Shown here: positions 43,985 to 54,082 of the stretch, in pieces | Layout of the letters: the number at the start of each line of letters is the position of its first letter | Position numbering within the stretch: position 1 is the stretch's first letter | DNA from: Gammaproteobacteria bacterium | Lineage (GTDB): Bacteria; Pseudomonadota; Gammaproteobacteria; Steroidobacterales; Steroidobacteraceae | Assembly (NCBI GenBank): GCA_031364365.1 | Contig: JANLWE010000034.1 | Span: forward strand, 49,869 to 113,868 | Length of the DNA stretch: 64,000 bases | Reading direction: 5' to 3' | Program-made: the position numbers and the translations under genes | The notes under the pieces: model-generated | What the model was told of the DNA's origin: nothing | Databases searched by the model: none | The model's input: only the letters and a program-made list of their open reading frames with translations

Positions 43985-44511
43985 TCGAAGATGAAATTGA
44001 TCCGGTCCGCGCCGCCCTTGTTCATGACGCTGTGGACCTTTTGGTTGTTGATCTCGTAGGCCTCGCCGACCTGGAGCTGAAACGGACGTCCGTCGATCAT
44101 GAACCGTACCCGCGGGTTCGTGATGATCGGCACGTGGATCCGATGGCCGGCGCCGAAAGAAGGATGCGAATCCCGGTGCGGGATGATGCGCCCGCCCTTC
44201 AGCAGTTTTGCCGCCATGGCGCGGATGATGGTGCCGCCCGTCGGATACCAGTTGCGGATGATCTCGTGCATGACCGGCACGGCGACGTCCGCGAGGCGGT
44301 CCCAGCCCGGCTGCTTGCTCACCTCGATGGCGGGCCAGTCCTCGACGTTCGCGAAGAGCAGGACGATTGAGCGCGTCTGCTCATGGACTTCATAGTCCTT
44401 CTGGCGCTGGACGTTTTCGTTCCAGGCCGCGTCATCCTGGGCGAGGATCGCGGCGCCGAGCGCCTCCATGTCGACCTTGCCAAAATTGCGGACCGGGACG
44501 CCGATGTCCAT
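43909..44511 (-). CDS. aspartyl/asparaginyl beta-hydroxylase-family (cupin) protein
   Basis: ATG 44511 lies 5 nt after the TonB-receptor stop. The sequence reads ...GGRIIPHRDSHPSFGAGHRIHVPI...EAYEINNQKVHSV. Confidence 0.7.
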   Translation of the reverse strand: MDIGVPVRNFGKVDMEALGAAILAQDDAAWNENVQRQKDYEVHEQTRSIVLLFANVEDWPAIEVSKQPGWDRLADVAVPVMHEIIRNWYPTGGTIIRAMAAKLLKGGRIIPHRDSHPSFGAGHRIHVPIITNPRVRFMIDGRPFQLQVGEAYEINNQKVHSVMNKGGADRINFIFDYLPPGAIPGRALPPAAPEARAPGS

Positions 44512-44516
44512 TCGCG

Positions 44517-46889
44517 TCAGAAGTCGTAGCGGAACTGCAGTCCGTAGGTACGCGGCCGGGTGATCGTCAGGCGCGGCTCCGCCCACCGGTTGCTGCGGAA
44601 CGTAACCGCCCGCTCGTCCGACAGGTTCTCCACGAAGAACGACCCGCTCCAGACTTCCCCTTCCAGGCCGATGCGGAAGTCCGCCGTCTCGTAGGCATCC
44701 TGGGTGCTGACGCCGGCCTGGCCAACCACGGACTCGAAGCCCTCCAGATTGGTGACGACCTCGCCGACGTAGGCGAAGTCGAGTCGCGCGAACGGTTGCG
44801 CGTTCATGAGCTGCCCGCGTGGGCGCCATTCGACGCCGAGCGCCCCGCTCCATTCGGGCGTCAGCGGCAGCCGCGCGCCATCTTCGACTTCTCGCACGTA
44901 ATCGACGCCGTTTTCATCCGTCAGCGTCAGCACGGTCGCCTCCGAGACGTGCGCATCGTTGTAGCCGAGCGTCGCATCGATTTGCCAGGCGTCGTTCACC
45001 GCGAAGGTGAACTCGGCCTCGATGCCCGGGATCTCGGCGGTCGGCAGGTTGACGTAGCCGAGCTGGAACACGCCGGGCTGCGGGTCCTCGATCTGCACCG
45101 CGAAGTCCTTCCACTCCATGAGATAGGCCGCGATGTTGAAGCGCAGCCGGTTGCCCATCCACTCGGTCTTGGCGCCGATCTCCATATTCGTGAGCGTGTC
45201 GGACTCGAACTCGTGTGGCAGGATCGAGTTCGGGCGCACGGGATTGGCGCCGCCGTTGCGGAAGCCCTCCGACCAGGTCGCGTAGACCATCCGGTCGTCG
45301 TCGATGCGGTACGTGAGGTTCAGTTTCCCGACCGTGCCGTCCTCGGTCGACTGGGTCCGGGCTTCGGTCAGCGTGGGGCCCGTGAACGGCAGGGAGGCCG
45401 TGAAACCCGCCGGCGCCTCCTGGTGCAGGTTAAAGGTCTGGTCGGACTCGAACCAGCGGCCGCCCGCGGTGATCGTGAAGTTCTCGGTGATGTCGAACCC
45501 GATCTCGCCGAAGACCGCGCGCTGCTCGAGCTCGGACTCATATCGGCCGAGGAACCAAGTCTCGGTCGGGGCAAGCGGGCTGCCGGTCTGATCGTACTGG
45601 AAATAATTGAAGTAGGCGAAGGCCGGCGAGTCCTGGTAGTCGCGCGCGAAGCTGTCGAAGTTCGTGTGCCCGGCCTCCTTGCTGTAGAAAACGCCGCCGA
45701 GCCAGGACCAGCGGCTCTCGGCGTCGTTGCTGGACTGCAGCCGCGCCTCGAGGGTCGTGATACGCGTGTCGTCGACGTCGGTAGCGAAACCCCGGGGGTC
45801 GCCGCCGAAGTCGTAGATCACGTAGCCGCTTTGGTTGAACGAGAATTCGTAGTCGGTCGCGTCGGCCTCGTAGGCGAACTTGCGGTCGAAGTACGAGGCC
45901 GCGACGATGAGATCGCCGAAGGGCAGCGCGGCGTTCACGGTCAGGGAGGCCTGGTACCACTCGTCGTCGAGGGTCTCGTTCTCGAAGCGCACCTGGTTCA
46001 GGTCGCCGACACCCTCCGACACGTCGCCGTGCCCGTTCGCGGTCAGGTTCTGGTAAATAAGGCCGACCGTCGCGTTGAGGTTCTCGCTGACGTCGAAGCG
46101 CAGCGCCGCGCGCGCGCCCGTCGTCTCGACGCTGTTGATGTCCTCCTCGACGACGTTCGAATTGTCGAACGTCTCCGCTCCGGGCACGAGCTGCCCGAGC
46201 GGGCTGACGGACAACACGTTGTCGATGTAGCCCGCGTCCTCGGCCGCGAAGCCGACGAGCCGCAGCGACACGCGGTCCTCGGCGAGCGGGATATTCACCA
46301 TCGCACTCACGTCGTAGCCCGTGCCGCCACCCTGGACGTTCGTGACCTGCGCTTCCGCCCAGGCGTCGAAGCCGGAGGGGTCGGGCTTGGCGGTGATGAT
46401 GCGCAACGTCCCCGACTGCGAGCTCGCGCCGTAGAGGGTCCCTTGGGGACCGCGCAGTGCCTCTATTCGCTCGATGTCGATGAAACGAGGGTCGGGACTG
46501 CGCCCGCTCTGCGTGATCGGCTGCTCGTCCAGGTAAAGTGCCGACGAGGACACGCCGCCGAACTGGATGCCTGAGGCCGCGACCCCGCGGAACACCATCG
46601 TCGTGCCGCCCGGTTCGCGCTGGGCCAGCGACAGTCCCGGGATGTACTTCGCGACGTCGTCCATCTTCTGGAGCCCGCGCATCGCGATCGCGTTCGAGTC
46701 GAAGGCGCTGATCGATTCAGAGACGTCCTGGAGACGCTCGGCCCGCTTGGTCGAGGTGACGATGACTTCTTCCAGGCTCGTGACTTCCTGCGCCACCGCG
46801 GTTCCCGCCGCCATCGACAGCACCGTCGAGACGGCCGCCGTCAGCGCCGATGATCCGTTCCTGGCGCATCCGTGAATCGGGTCAGTCAT
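44517..46889 (-). CDS. TonB-dependent outer-membrane receptor
   Basis: ATG 46889 is preceded by GGAGG. The protein has a signal peptide, the plug region EEVIVTSTKRAERLQDV...ALRGPQGTLYG, and a C-terminal ...YGLQFRYDF. Confidence 0.9.
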   Translation of the reverse strand: MTDPIHGCARNGSSALTAAVSTVLSMAAGTAVAQEVTSLEEVIVTSTKRAERLQDVSESISAFDSNAIAMRGLQKMDDVAKYIPGLSLAQREPGGTTMVFRGVAASGIQFGGVSSSALYLDEQPITQSGRSPDPRFIDIERIEALRGPQGTLYGASSQSGTLRIITAKPDPSGFDAWAEAQVTNVQGGGTGYDVSAMVNIPLAEDRVSLRLVGFAAEDAGYIDNVLSVSPLGQLVPGAETFDNSNVVEEDINSVETTGARAALRFDVSENLNATVGLIYQNLTANGHGDVSEGVGDLNQVRFENETLDDEWYQASLTVNAALPFGDLIVAASYFDRKFAYEADATDYEFSFNQSGYVIYDFGGDPRGFATDVDDTRITTLEARLQSSNDAESRWSWLGGVFYSKEAGHTNFDSFARDYQDSPAFAYFNYFQYDQTGSPLAPTETWFLGRYESELEQRAVFGEIGFDITENFTITAGGRWFESDQTFNLHQEAPAGFTASLPFTGPTLTEARTQSTEDGTVGKLNLTYRIDDDRMVYATWSEGFRNGGANPVRPNSILPHEFESDTLTNMEIGAKTEWMGNRLRFNIAAYLMEWKDFAVQIEDPQPGVFQLGYVNLPTAEIPGIEAEFTFAVNDAWQIDATLGYNDAHVSEATVLTLTDENGVDYVREVEDGARLPLTPEWSGALGVEWRPRGQLMNAQPFARLDFAYVGEVVTNLEGFESVVGQAGVSTQDAYETADFRIGLEGEVWSGSFFVENLSDERAVTFRSNRWAEPRLTITRPRTYGLQFRYDF

Positions 46890-48151
46890 GTCTTTACCTC
46901 CGCTGTCGTCCGGATAGTAGCGACAGACCGGCGGCCCGGCAATCCACCGCCCGTGGTTCGTTGCATTGCCGCGACATACCAGTTCAGGAAATCCTGCGTG
47001 AACACCTCCATCGGCGACAGCGGTCCGGGCACGTAGTAGCGCGAGTCGACGCCCGCCTGGTTGCGCTCGATGATCTGCTTGTCGGCGAGGGTCGTCACGT
47101 CCCACAGCCAGATCAGGTCGGCGAGCTGGTAGTCCCGGCCCTCGACGGCCTTCTCGTCGACCAGCCAGGTGATCTCGCAATCCGTCAGGTACTGACCGCG
47201 CGGCGTGAAGCGGTACAGCACGACGTGGTCGCAGTACGCGAGGCCGAAGGTCATCGGCCCGAGGTGCAGATCGGTCGTGCCGCCGTCGTAGCCCGTGATC
47301 GTGCCGAGCAGCGGCGCGACCGGCTTGCCGTCGCGGCTGCCCGACAGCTGGCCGCGCAGGAGCGGATAGCGGTCGAAGCTGTATTCGAGGCCGAATGACC
47401 CGGCGTTCAGCCAGGAACGCCGGATCGTGTGCTGCGTCAGGCCGACCACCGGCGCCTTCGCCATCACGTCCGAGAGCATCGCGACGCACTCCGCGTCCGG
47501 AATCGCGCGGCCGTGGCCGACGGAATATTCCGGGTGCGCGGGTTGGCAGTGGTAGCACTCGCAGTAGTTCTCGACCGCAAGCTTCCAGTTGCTCGTGATC
47601 GGATAGTTCCGGCGGAGCGCGACCTTGGCCTGGTCGAGCCCGTAGGGTCGCATTGGCGCCGCCATCTCGCTTTCGAGCGCGCCGAAATCCGGCGGGTCGT
47701 CATCGAAGTTCACGAAGATCAGGCCGTCGAAGACGCGCAAGTGCAGGCGCCGCAGCCCGTACTTCGTGCGATCGAAGCCGTCCGGCGTGCGCGCCGCCGC
47801 TTTCAGCGAGCCGTCGAGCCCGTAGGTCCAGCCGTGATAGCGGCAGACGAGCCGCGATTCGTGGCCGGTTGGCGTGTCGCAGATCCGCGACCCGCGGTGG
47901 CGGCAGACGTTCAGGAGCGCATTGATCCCGCCCTGCGCATCCCGCACGATGATGACGGACTCGCCTGCCATCTCGAACAGGAAGAAATCGCCCCGCTCCG
48001 GAATCTGGCTCTGGTGGCCGACGTAGAGCCAGGACTTCAGCAGGATGTGCCGGATTTCCAGCTCGTAGATCTCCGGGTCGCGATAAGCGGCGCCCGGCAG
48101 CGCGAAACCCTCCCGGTATCCGTCCAGCACTTTCTTCAAGGATTCGTCCAC
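46886..48151 (-). CDS. Rieske [2Fe-2S] non-haem-iron oxygenase, alpha-subunit type (GbcA/CntA/Stc2-like)
   Basis: GTG 48151 lies 6 nt after AGGGAGGG. The Rieske motif is CRHRG...CRYHGW and the catalytic-domain segment is ENYCECYHCQPAHPEY. Its TGA overlaps the receptor ATG (ATGA). Confidence 0.8.
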   Translation of the reverse strand: MDESLKKVLDGYREGFALPGAAYRDPEIYELEIRHILLKSWLYVGHQSQIPERGDFFLFEMAGESVIIVRDAQGGINALLNVCRHRGSRICDTPTGHESRLVCRYHGWTYGLDGSLKAAARTPDGFDRTKYGLRRLHLRVFDGLIFVNFDDDPPDFGALESEMAAPMRPYGLDQAKVALRRNYPITSNWKLAVENYCECYHCQPAHPEYSVGHGRAIPDAECVAMLSDVMAKAPVVGLTQHTIRRSWLNAGSFGLEYSFDRYPLLRGQLSGSRDGKPVAPLLGTITGYDGGTTDLHLGPMTFGLAYCDHVVLYRFTPRGQYLTDCEITWLVDEKAVEGRDYQLADLIWLWDVTTLADKQIIERNQAGVDSRYYVPGPLSPMEVFTQDFLNWYVAAMQRTTGGGLPGRRSVATIRTTAEVKT

Positions 48152-48171
48152 GCCCTGCCCTCCCTGCTGCG

Positions 48172-48981
48172 CTACCTGGCCGTGACCGGCCGGCGCCGGT
48201 TCGACACGATGGATGCGGTCGCAACCGCGATTGCGACCAGCGCGATGATGATCGTCGTGATCGCGTTGATGTCCGGCGTCACGCCGAGGCGCACCTTGGC
48301 GAAGATGAGCATCGGCAGCGTGGTCGCGCCCGGGCCCGACACGAAACTCGAGATCACGAGGTCGTCGAGCGAGAGCGTGAACGACAGCAGCCAGCCGGAA
48401 ACGAGCGCCGGCAACAGCATCGGCACCGTCACGTCGAAGAACACGGCGACGGGCCGGCCTCCGAGGTCCATTGCGGCCTCCTCCAGCGTGTCGTCCATCA
48501 GCGAGAGCCGCGAGCGCACCACGACCACGACGTAGGCCATCGAGAAGGTGATGTGCGCCATCGTGATCGTCGTCGCGCCGCGGTTCATCGGCCAGCCGAT
48601 CAGGTTCGACATCGAGATGAACAGGAACAGCAGCGAGAGGCCGGTGATGATCTCCGGCATCACCAGCGGCGCAGTGATCATGCCGGACAGCAGCAGCCGC
48701 CCGCGCAGCCGCGCGACGCGGTGCAGGGCGAGCGCGACGATGGCGCCGAGCGCGGTTGCGAAGGTCGCGCTGACGAATGCAATCCGCAAGCTGAGGAACG
48801 CGGCCGAAAGCAGCGTGTCGTCGTGCAGGAGGCTCACGTACCAGCGCAGCGAGAACCCGCCCCACAGCGTCACCAGGCGCGAGTCGTTGAAGGAATAGAT
48901 CACGACCGAGACGATCGGGAGGTACAGGAGCGCGTAGCCGAATGCCACGACCGAAGCGAGTGCCGGCGAGCCGTGCTTCAT
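48172..48981 (-). CDS. ABC transporter permease, PotC/PotI-like
   Basis: MKHGSPALASVVAFGYALLYLPIVSVVIYSFN...; the EAA-like loop is present. Confidence 0.85.
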   Translation of the reverse strand: MKHGSPALASVVAFGYALLYLPIVSVVIYSFNDSRLVTLWGGFSLRWYVSLLHDDTLLSAAFLSLRIAFVSATFATALGAIVALALHRVARLRGRLLLSGMITAPLVMPEIITGLSLLFLFISMSNLIGWPMNRGATTITMAHITFSMAYVVVVVRSRLSLMDDTLEEAAMDLGGRPVAVFFDVTVPMLLPALVSGWLLSFTLSLDDLVISSFVSGPGATTLPMLIFAKVRLGVTPDINAITTIIIALVAIAVATASIVSNRRRPVTAR

Positions 48982-49895
48982 CGGGTCGCCTCGTGCTCGC
49001 GGCTCTGCAGCCGCTGGAACCACATGATCGGCGCGATCAGGAGCAGCAGCAGCACGACCGAAACCGCCGAGGCAACCGGCCAGTCGCGGTTGATGAAGAA
49101 CTCGTCCCAGAGCACCCGCCCGATCATGAGCGTATCGGCACCGCCCAGGAGCGCCGGAATCGTGAACTCGCCAACCGCCGGGATGAAGACCAGCAGGCAG
49201 CCGCCGATGATGCCGGGAACCGAGATCGGCAGCGTTACGTCCACGAATGCCCGCCAGCGTCGAGCGCCGAGATCGGCCGCCGCGTCGAGCAGGTCGAGAT
49301 CCATGCGCTCGAGGTTCGAATACAACGGCAGGATCATGAACGGCAGATACGAATACACGATGCCGAGATAGACGGCGAAGTCGTTGTAGAGCATCTGGAT
49401 CGGCGTGTCGATCACGCCGGTCCAGATCAGGAATTCGTTGATGACGCCGCGGTTGTTGAGGAGCCCGATCCAGGCGTAGACGCGCAGCAGGAACGAAATC
49501 CAGAACGGCAGGATCACCGCGAGCAGCAGCAGCTGCCGGCGCTGCGCCGGCTGGCGCGCAATGTAATAGGCCATCGGGTAGCCGAGCAGCAGGCACAGCA
49601 ACGTGCTGATCGCCGCCATCTTGAGCGAGGCGAGGTAAATGATTCCGTAGTAACCGTCCTGGAACAGGAAGGCGAAATTCGTGAACGTGATGCGGATTCC
49701 CTCGAGCCCGTGCTGGCCCCATTGCAGCAGCGGCGTGAACGGCGGCTGCGCCACGATGGGATCGGCGACACTGATCTTCAGGATGATCAGGAACGGCGCC
49801 AGGAAGAACAGCAGCAGCCAGAAATACGGGAACGCCACCGCGCGCTTGAGCCAGCGCAGCGAATGGTCGCCGTTGCCGTTCGACGGGCTGCTCAT
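48978..49895 (-). CDS. ABC transporter permease, PotB/PotH-like
   Basis: ATG 49895 overlaps the ATPase stop (ATGA). The sequence reads ...LLDAAADLGARRWRAFVDVTLP.... Confidence 0.85.
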   Translation of the reverse strand: MSSPSNGNGDHSLRWLKRAVAFPYFWLLLFFLAPFLIILKISVADPIVAQPPFTPLLQWGQHGLEGIRITFTNFAFLFQDGYYGIIYLASLKMAAISTLLCLLLGYPMAYYIARQPAQRRQLLLLAVILPFWISFLLRVYAWIGLLNNRGVINEFLIWTGVIDTPIQMLYNDFAVYLGIVYSYLPFMILPLYSNLERMDLDLLDAAADLGARRWRAFVDVTLPISVPGIIGGCLLVFIPAVGEFTIPALLGGADTLMIGRVLWDEFFINRDWPVASAVSVVLLLLLIAPIMWFQRLQSREHEATR

Positions 49896-50998
49896 GAGCG
49901 CAGCAGGATCGTGCTGCCGACCTCCCAGGACAGGAACACCTCGTCGTCCCACTCAACCGTCAGCTTGGCCGAGCGGCGCAGGTTCTGCGCGCTGACCTGC
50001 AGGATCGCCCCGCTCTTGGTGCGCACGCGATACAGCGACTGGTCGCCGAAGTAGCCAAGATCGCGAACCACGCCCTTCACGACGTTCCGCTCGCCGCCAT
50101 TTGGCGCCTCGCGGCTGATCGTGATCTTCTCCGGTCGCACCGCGACACACAGCTCGCCGCCGGGGGCGGGTGCGTCGTCGCAGGCGACCGCGAGGTCGGC
50201 ATCGAGCGCATCCGAGTGCAGCGTCACGCGGCCATTCGCCGCGCTGGACACGCAGCCCTCGATCAGGTTGATGTTGCCGACGAAGCCTGCGACGTAGCGG
50301 TTCGCCGGGTACTCATACACCTCCCCCGGCGTGCCGACCTGGGCGATCCTGCCCGCGTGCATGACGGCGATGCGGCTCGCGAGCGTCATCGCCTCGTCCT
50401 GGTCGTGTGTGACAACAACGAAGGTCGTGCCGAGCTGGTACTGCAGGTTGGCGAGCTCGAACTGCGTGTGCTGACGCAGCTTCTTGTCGAGCGCCGCGAG
50501 CGGCTCATCGAGCAGCAGGAGTTTCGGCCGCTTCACCAGCGCGCGCGCCAGTGCGACGCGCTGCTTTTCGCCGCCGGAGAGCTTGTCGGGCTTGCGCGCT
50601 GCGAGTGGGGTGAGCTTGACGAGGGCCAGCATCTCCGCAACGCGTTCGCGGATCTGAGGTTCGGGCACTCGCTCCTTTTTCAGGCCGTAGGCGACGTTCT
50701 GTTCGACGGTCATATGCGGAAACAGCGCATAGGACTGGAACATCAGGTTGACCGGCCGCTCGTAGGGCGGCACCTCGGTCATGTCGACGCCGTCGATCAA
50801 GATGCGGCCCGAGGTCGGGTGCTCGAAGCCCGCGAGCATGCGCAGCAGCGTCGTCTTGCCGCAGCCGGAGCTGCCGAGGATCGCGAACAGCTCGCCTTTC
50901 AGGATCTCGAGTGAAACGTCGTCGACGGCAGCGACGTCGTCGTAGCGCTTGGTGACGCTCTCGATTCGGACCAGCGCCGGCGTCTTCGGGTCGCTCAC
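49892..50998 (-). CDS. ABC transporter ATP-binding protein, PotA/PotG-like
   Basis: Walker A GSSGCGKTT, signature LSGGEKQRVALARAL, Walker B LLLLDEP. GTG 50998 overlaps the binding-protein stop (GTGA). An alternative start is GTG 51022. Confidence 0.9.
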   Translation of the reverse strand: MSDPKTPALVRIESVTKRYDDVAAVDDVSLEILKGELFAILGSSGCGKTTLLRMLAGFEHPTSGRILIDGVDMTEVPPYERPVNLMFQSYALFPHMTVEQNVAYGLKKERVPEPQIRERVAEMLALVKLTPLAARKPDKLSGGEKQRVALARALVKRPKLLLLDEPLAALDKKLRQHTQFELANLQYQLGTTFVVVTHDQDEAMTLASRIAVMHAGRIAQVGTPGEVYEYPANRYVAGFVGNINLIEGCVSSAANGRVTLHSDALDADLAVACDDAPAPGGELCVAVRPEKITISREAPNGGERNVVKGVVRDLGYFGDQSLYRVRTKSGAILQVSAQNLRRSAKLTVEWDDEVFLSWEVGSTILLRS

Positions 50999-52086
50999 AG
51001 GCCGGTCTTCACGCGCGACCACAGCCGCGTGCGGAGCCGCTCGATGATCGGGTCGCCAACGTGGCCCCGGTACAGGGATTGCCGCACCGAGTCGGGCGGA
51101 AACACGGCCGGATCGCCGCGAATCTCGGGCGGCAGCATCGGCAGCGCCGCCAGGTTCGGCGTCGCGTAGCGGGTCTCGACCACAATCGATGCTGCCACCT
51201 CGGGCCGCATCAGGTAGTTCAGGAACTTGTGCGCGTTGTCCGGATGCGGCGCATCGGCCGGTATGAACCAGAGGTCGAACCAGGCGAGCGTGCCCTCCTT
51301 CTGGATCGTGTAGGCGAGCGGTACGGGCCGGCCGACCTGCTGGCCGCGCATCATCGCCTGCGCGTAATCCCCGGACCAGCTCATGGCGATGCAGACTTCC
51401 TCGTTCGGCAGGTCAATCAGCATCTTCGCCGAGCTGAAGTACCGGATATAGGGCCTGACGCCCTTCAGGAGCTTTTCGACATCCGCGAGGTCCTTCGGGT
51501 CGAAACTATTCGGGTCGCGGCCCAAGTAGAGCAGCGCCATCGGGATGACGTCCGTCGGCTCATCGAGAAAAGTCACGCCGCAATCGGCGAAGCGCTTGAC
51601 GACTTCCGGCTTGAATAACATGTCGCCGCTCGTCACCGGCGCATCGGGCATGCGCTCTGCGACCAGGCGCTTGTTGTAGGCGAAGCCGGTCGTGCCCCAG
51701 AGATACGGCACGCCGTAACGGTTGCCCGAGTCGCCCTCGGCGACCGCCTCCATGACCCAGGTATCGAGGTGCCGGAGGTTCGGCAGCTTCGACTTATCGA
51801 GCGGCAGATAGACGCCAATCGGGATCAGGCGCGCGGAATAGCGCTCGGCGTGCACGACGACGTCGTAACCCGTGCGCCCCGCGAGCAGGCGCGCCTCGGC
51901 CATCTCGGTCGAATCGTAGGTGTCGTAGTTGACCTTGATTCCGTACTCGCGCTCGAAATTACTGATCGTGTCCGGTGCGATGTAGTCCGGCCAGGTAAAG
52001 ACGTTGAGGATTTTTTTCTCGGCGGCGAATGCCGCCCCCGCTGCGACGAGAGCCAGCAGGGCGAACGGCGCGAGCGGCGGCTTCAC
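50995..52086 (-). CDS. periplasmic polyamine (putrescine/spermidine)-type substrate-binding protein, PotF/PotD-like
   Basis: Signal peptide, then ...LNVFTWPDYIAPDTISNFEREYGIKVNYDTYDS.... Confidence 0.85.
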   Translation of the reverse strand: MKPPLAPFALLALVAAGAAFAAEKKILNVFTWPDYIAPDTISNFEREYGIKVNYDTYDSTEMAEARLLAGRTGYDVVVHAERYSARLIPIGVYLPLDKSKLPNLRHLDTWVMEAVAEGDSGNRYGVPYLWGTTGFAYNKRLVAERMPDAPVTSGDMLFKPEVVKRFADCGVTFLDEPTDVIPMALLYLGRDPNSFDPKDLADVEKLLKGVRPYIRYFSSAKMLIDLPNEEVCIAMSWSGDYAQAMMRGQQVGRPVPLAYTIQKEGTLAWFDLWFIPADAPHPDNAHKFLNYLMRPEVAASIVVETRYATPNLAALPMLPPEIRGDPAVFPPDSVRQSLYRGHVGDPIIERLRTRLWSRVKTGL

Positions 52087-52089
52087 GGG

Positions 52090-53256
52090 CTACATGCCCC
52101 CGAGGCCGCGCTTCAGGAGCGCACGCGCGATGATCAGGCGTTGTATTTCGCTGGAGCCTTCCCAGATGCGATCGACTCTGAGCTCCCGGAAGAACCGCTC
52201 CGCGCAGTTCTCGCGCATGTAGCCGCGGCCGCCGAAGATCTGGAGCGCGCGATCGGCGATCCGGTTCGCGGCCTCCGACGCGTAGAGCTTGGCGATCGAG
52301 CAGCGCGCGTGCAGCGACTTCAGGTCGTCGCCGCGGTCGTGCGCCTCGGCCGCCTCAAAGGTGATGAGACGCGCGGCCCAAAGCTCGGTGACGCTGTCGG
52401 CGAGCATGGCCTGGATCATCTGTTTGTCGACGAGTGCCTCGCCGCCAACCTTGCGGGTGCTTGCGAACGCGGTCGCCTCCTCGATCAGTCGCGCTGCAGC
52501 CCCGCAGCAGCGTGCAGCGATCATGAGCCGCTCGCGCCGGAACCAGCTGTGCGAGAAACGCATGCCGTCGCCCTCCGGGCCGAGCCGCTGCTCCTCGGGC
52601 ACGACGACATCGTGGAATCGGTAGGTCGGGTGATGAGCGCTGAACGTATGGCTGAAGAGCGGCGTCCGCAGGATCTCGATGCCAGGCTGGTTCTGGTCGA
52701 TGAAGAAGAGCGAGTGCGAACCCGCGTGCGGGCCGTCGACGAGGCGCGCCTGCAGGATGAAGTAGTCCGCGAGGTTCGCGCTGGTGACGTACCACTTCTC
52801 GCCGGAGATCCTGTAGCCATCGGCGGTGCGGTGCGCAGTGGTCTCGATCTCAACGTCCGAGCCCGACCCGCTCTCCGTGATCGCGTAACACTCCTTCCGC
52901 TTGCCGCTCATGAGCGGAAGGATGAAACGCTCGAGCTGCGCCTCGGTGCAAGCCTCGAACATCCAGCTATGGGCTTCGGAGAAGCACCAGCAAAGCGCGT
53001 TCGTGACCCGCCCGAGCTGCTCCCACACGGCCACCTGGTCGACGATTCGCGCCTCGCGGCCGCCGCGCGCCGCGGGCACGTCCATGCCGCTGAAGCCGAG
53101 CTCGATTGCGAGTTTCTTGTGCCGCTTCTCGACCTCGGGCGGCAGCCGCCCTTCGTGCAGCTCCGCCTCGACTTCCCAGGGAATCAGCTCTTCGGTCGCG
53201 AATTTCGCCGCGCGATCGCGCCAGGCCTGGGCAGTTTTGTCGAGTGCGATCTCCAT
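52090..53256 (-). CDS. acyl-CoA dehydrogenase family protein
   Basis: ...CYAITESGSGSD...GEKWYVTSA...IFGGRGY...RIWEGSSEIQR. Confidence 0.85.
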   Translation of the reverse strand: MEIALDKTAQAWRDRAAKFATEELIPWEVEAELHEGRLPPEVEKRHKKLAIELGFSGMDVPAARGGREARIVDQVAVWEQLGRVTNALCWCFSEAHSWMFEACTEAQLERFILPLMSGKRKECYAITESGSGSDVEIETTAHRTADGYRISGEKWYVTSANLADYFILQARLVDGPHAGSHSLFFIDQNQPGIEILRTPLFSHTFSAHHPTYRFHDVVVPEEQRLGPEGDGMRFSHSWFRRERLMIAARCCGAAARLIEEATAFASTRKVGGEALVDKQMIQAMLADSVTELWAARLITFEAAEAHDRGDDLKSLHARCSIAKLYASEAANRIADRALQIFGGRGYMRENCAERFFRELRVDRIWEGSSEIQRLIIARALLKRGLGGM

Positions 53257-53260
53257 GGGT

Positions 53261-53923
53261 TCAGCCTCGCGCGGCCGCTTTGGGTTGCTGAAAATGCCTC
53301 GGGAACGCGTCCGCGAGATAAGCGAAGGAAATCCGCCTCGCCCGCTCCCGGCTCATCGATTCGGGCCGAACCAGCAGGTCAAGCCAGAGGCCGTCGGTCA
53401 GCGCCGAAAGGCCGTCGGCCACCAGCGCCGGATCGACTTCCGGGTAGTTGCCGCCCTCGCAGAGTTTTGCGCACATGACCCGCACCATGTCGTCGTAGGA
53501 CCTGTCCCGCTCGGCGCAGATCCGGCGATAGGTCGGCCGGAACCTGCGCTCACCCCAGAAGGCAAACCACACCGCGAGCTTATCCCGGGCACAAATCGTG
53601 CGCCGGAAATCGAGGTCGACCATCTTGAGCAGGCCGTCGACCGGCGAGATCTCGGCGGCCGCGGCGGCCTCGCGGCAGGCATTGCGGTATTCGTCGGCCA
53701 GGTAACGGAGCGTTTCGGTCAGCAGCCCTTCCTTGCCCCGAAAATGCAGGTTGACAATGCCCTGGCTGAGGCCCGCCTCCTGCGCGACGGTCGCAATCGT
53801 CGTGTCGGCAAGACCGCGGTCGGCGACGCAGCGGATCGTGGCCTGAATCAGCTGCCCGCGGCGTTCTTCCGGGGGCGCCGTCCGGCGCCTCGGCACGACC
53901 GCGAGCTGTCGTTTCGCGCTCAC
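53261..53923 (-). CDS. TetR-family regulator (BetI-like C-terminal pattern)
   Basis: RRGQLIQATIRCVADRGLADTTIATVAQEAGLSQGIVNLHFRGKEGLL. It is divergent from the 54176 operon. Confidence 0.8.
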   Translation of the reverse strand: MSAKRQLAVVPRRRTAPPEERRGQLIQATIRCVADRGLADTTIATVAQEAGLSQGIVNLHFRGKEGLLTETLRYLADEYRNACREAAAAAEISPVDGLLKMVDLDFRRTICARDKLAVWFAFWGERRFRPTYRRICAERDRSYDDMVRVMCAKLCEGGNYPEVDPALVADGLSALTDGLWLDLLVRPESMSRERARRISFAYLADAFPRHFQQPKAAARG

Positions 53924-54082
53924 CTAAAATCTTTTATATTCAGGTACTTGTGTGAAAACTGGACTCGAACCAAGGGGCCATAATACCGGGTTCCCCGGGC
54001 CAATCCAATGAATGAACGCATATTCACTGGACATGGACGCCGCGACCCCTCCTATGGGATCCTAGGCGGCCTGAAAACGAAA

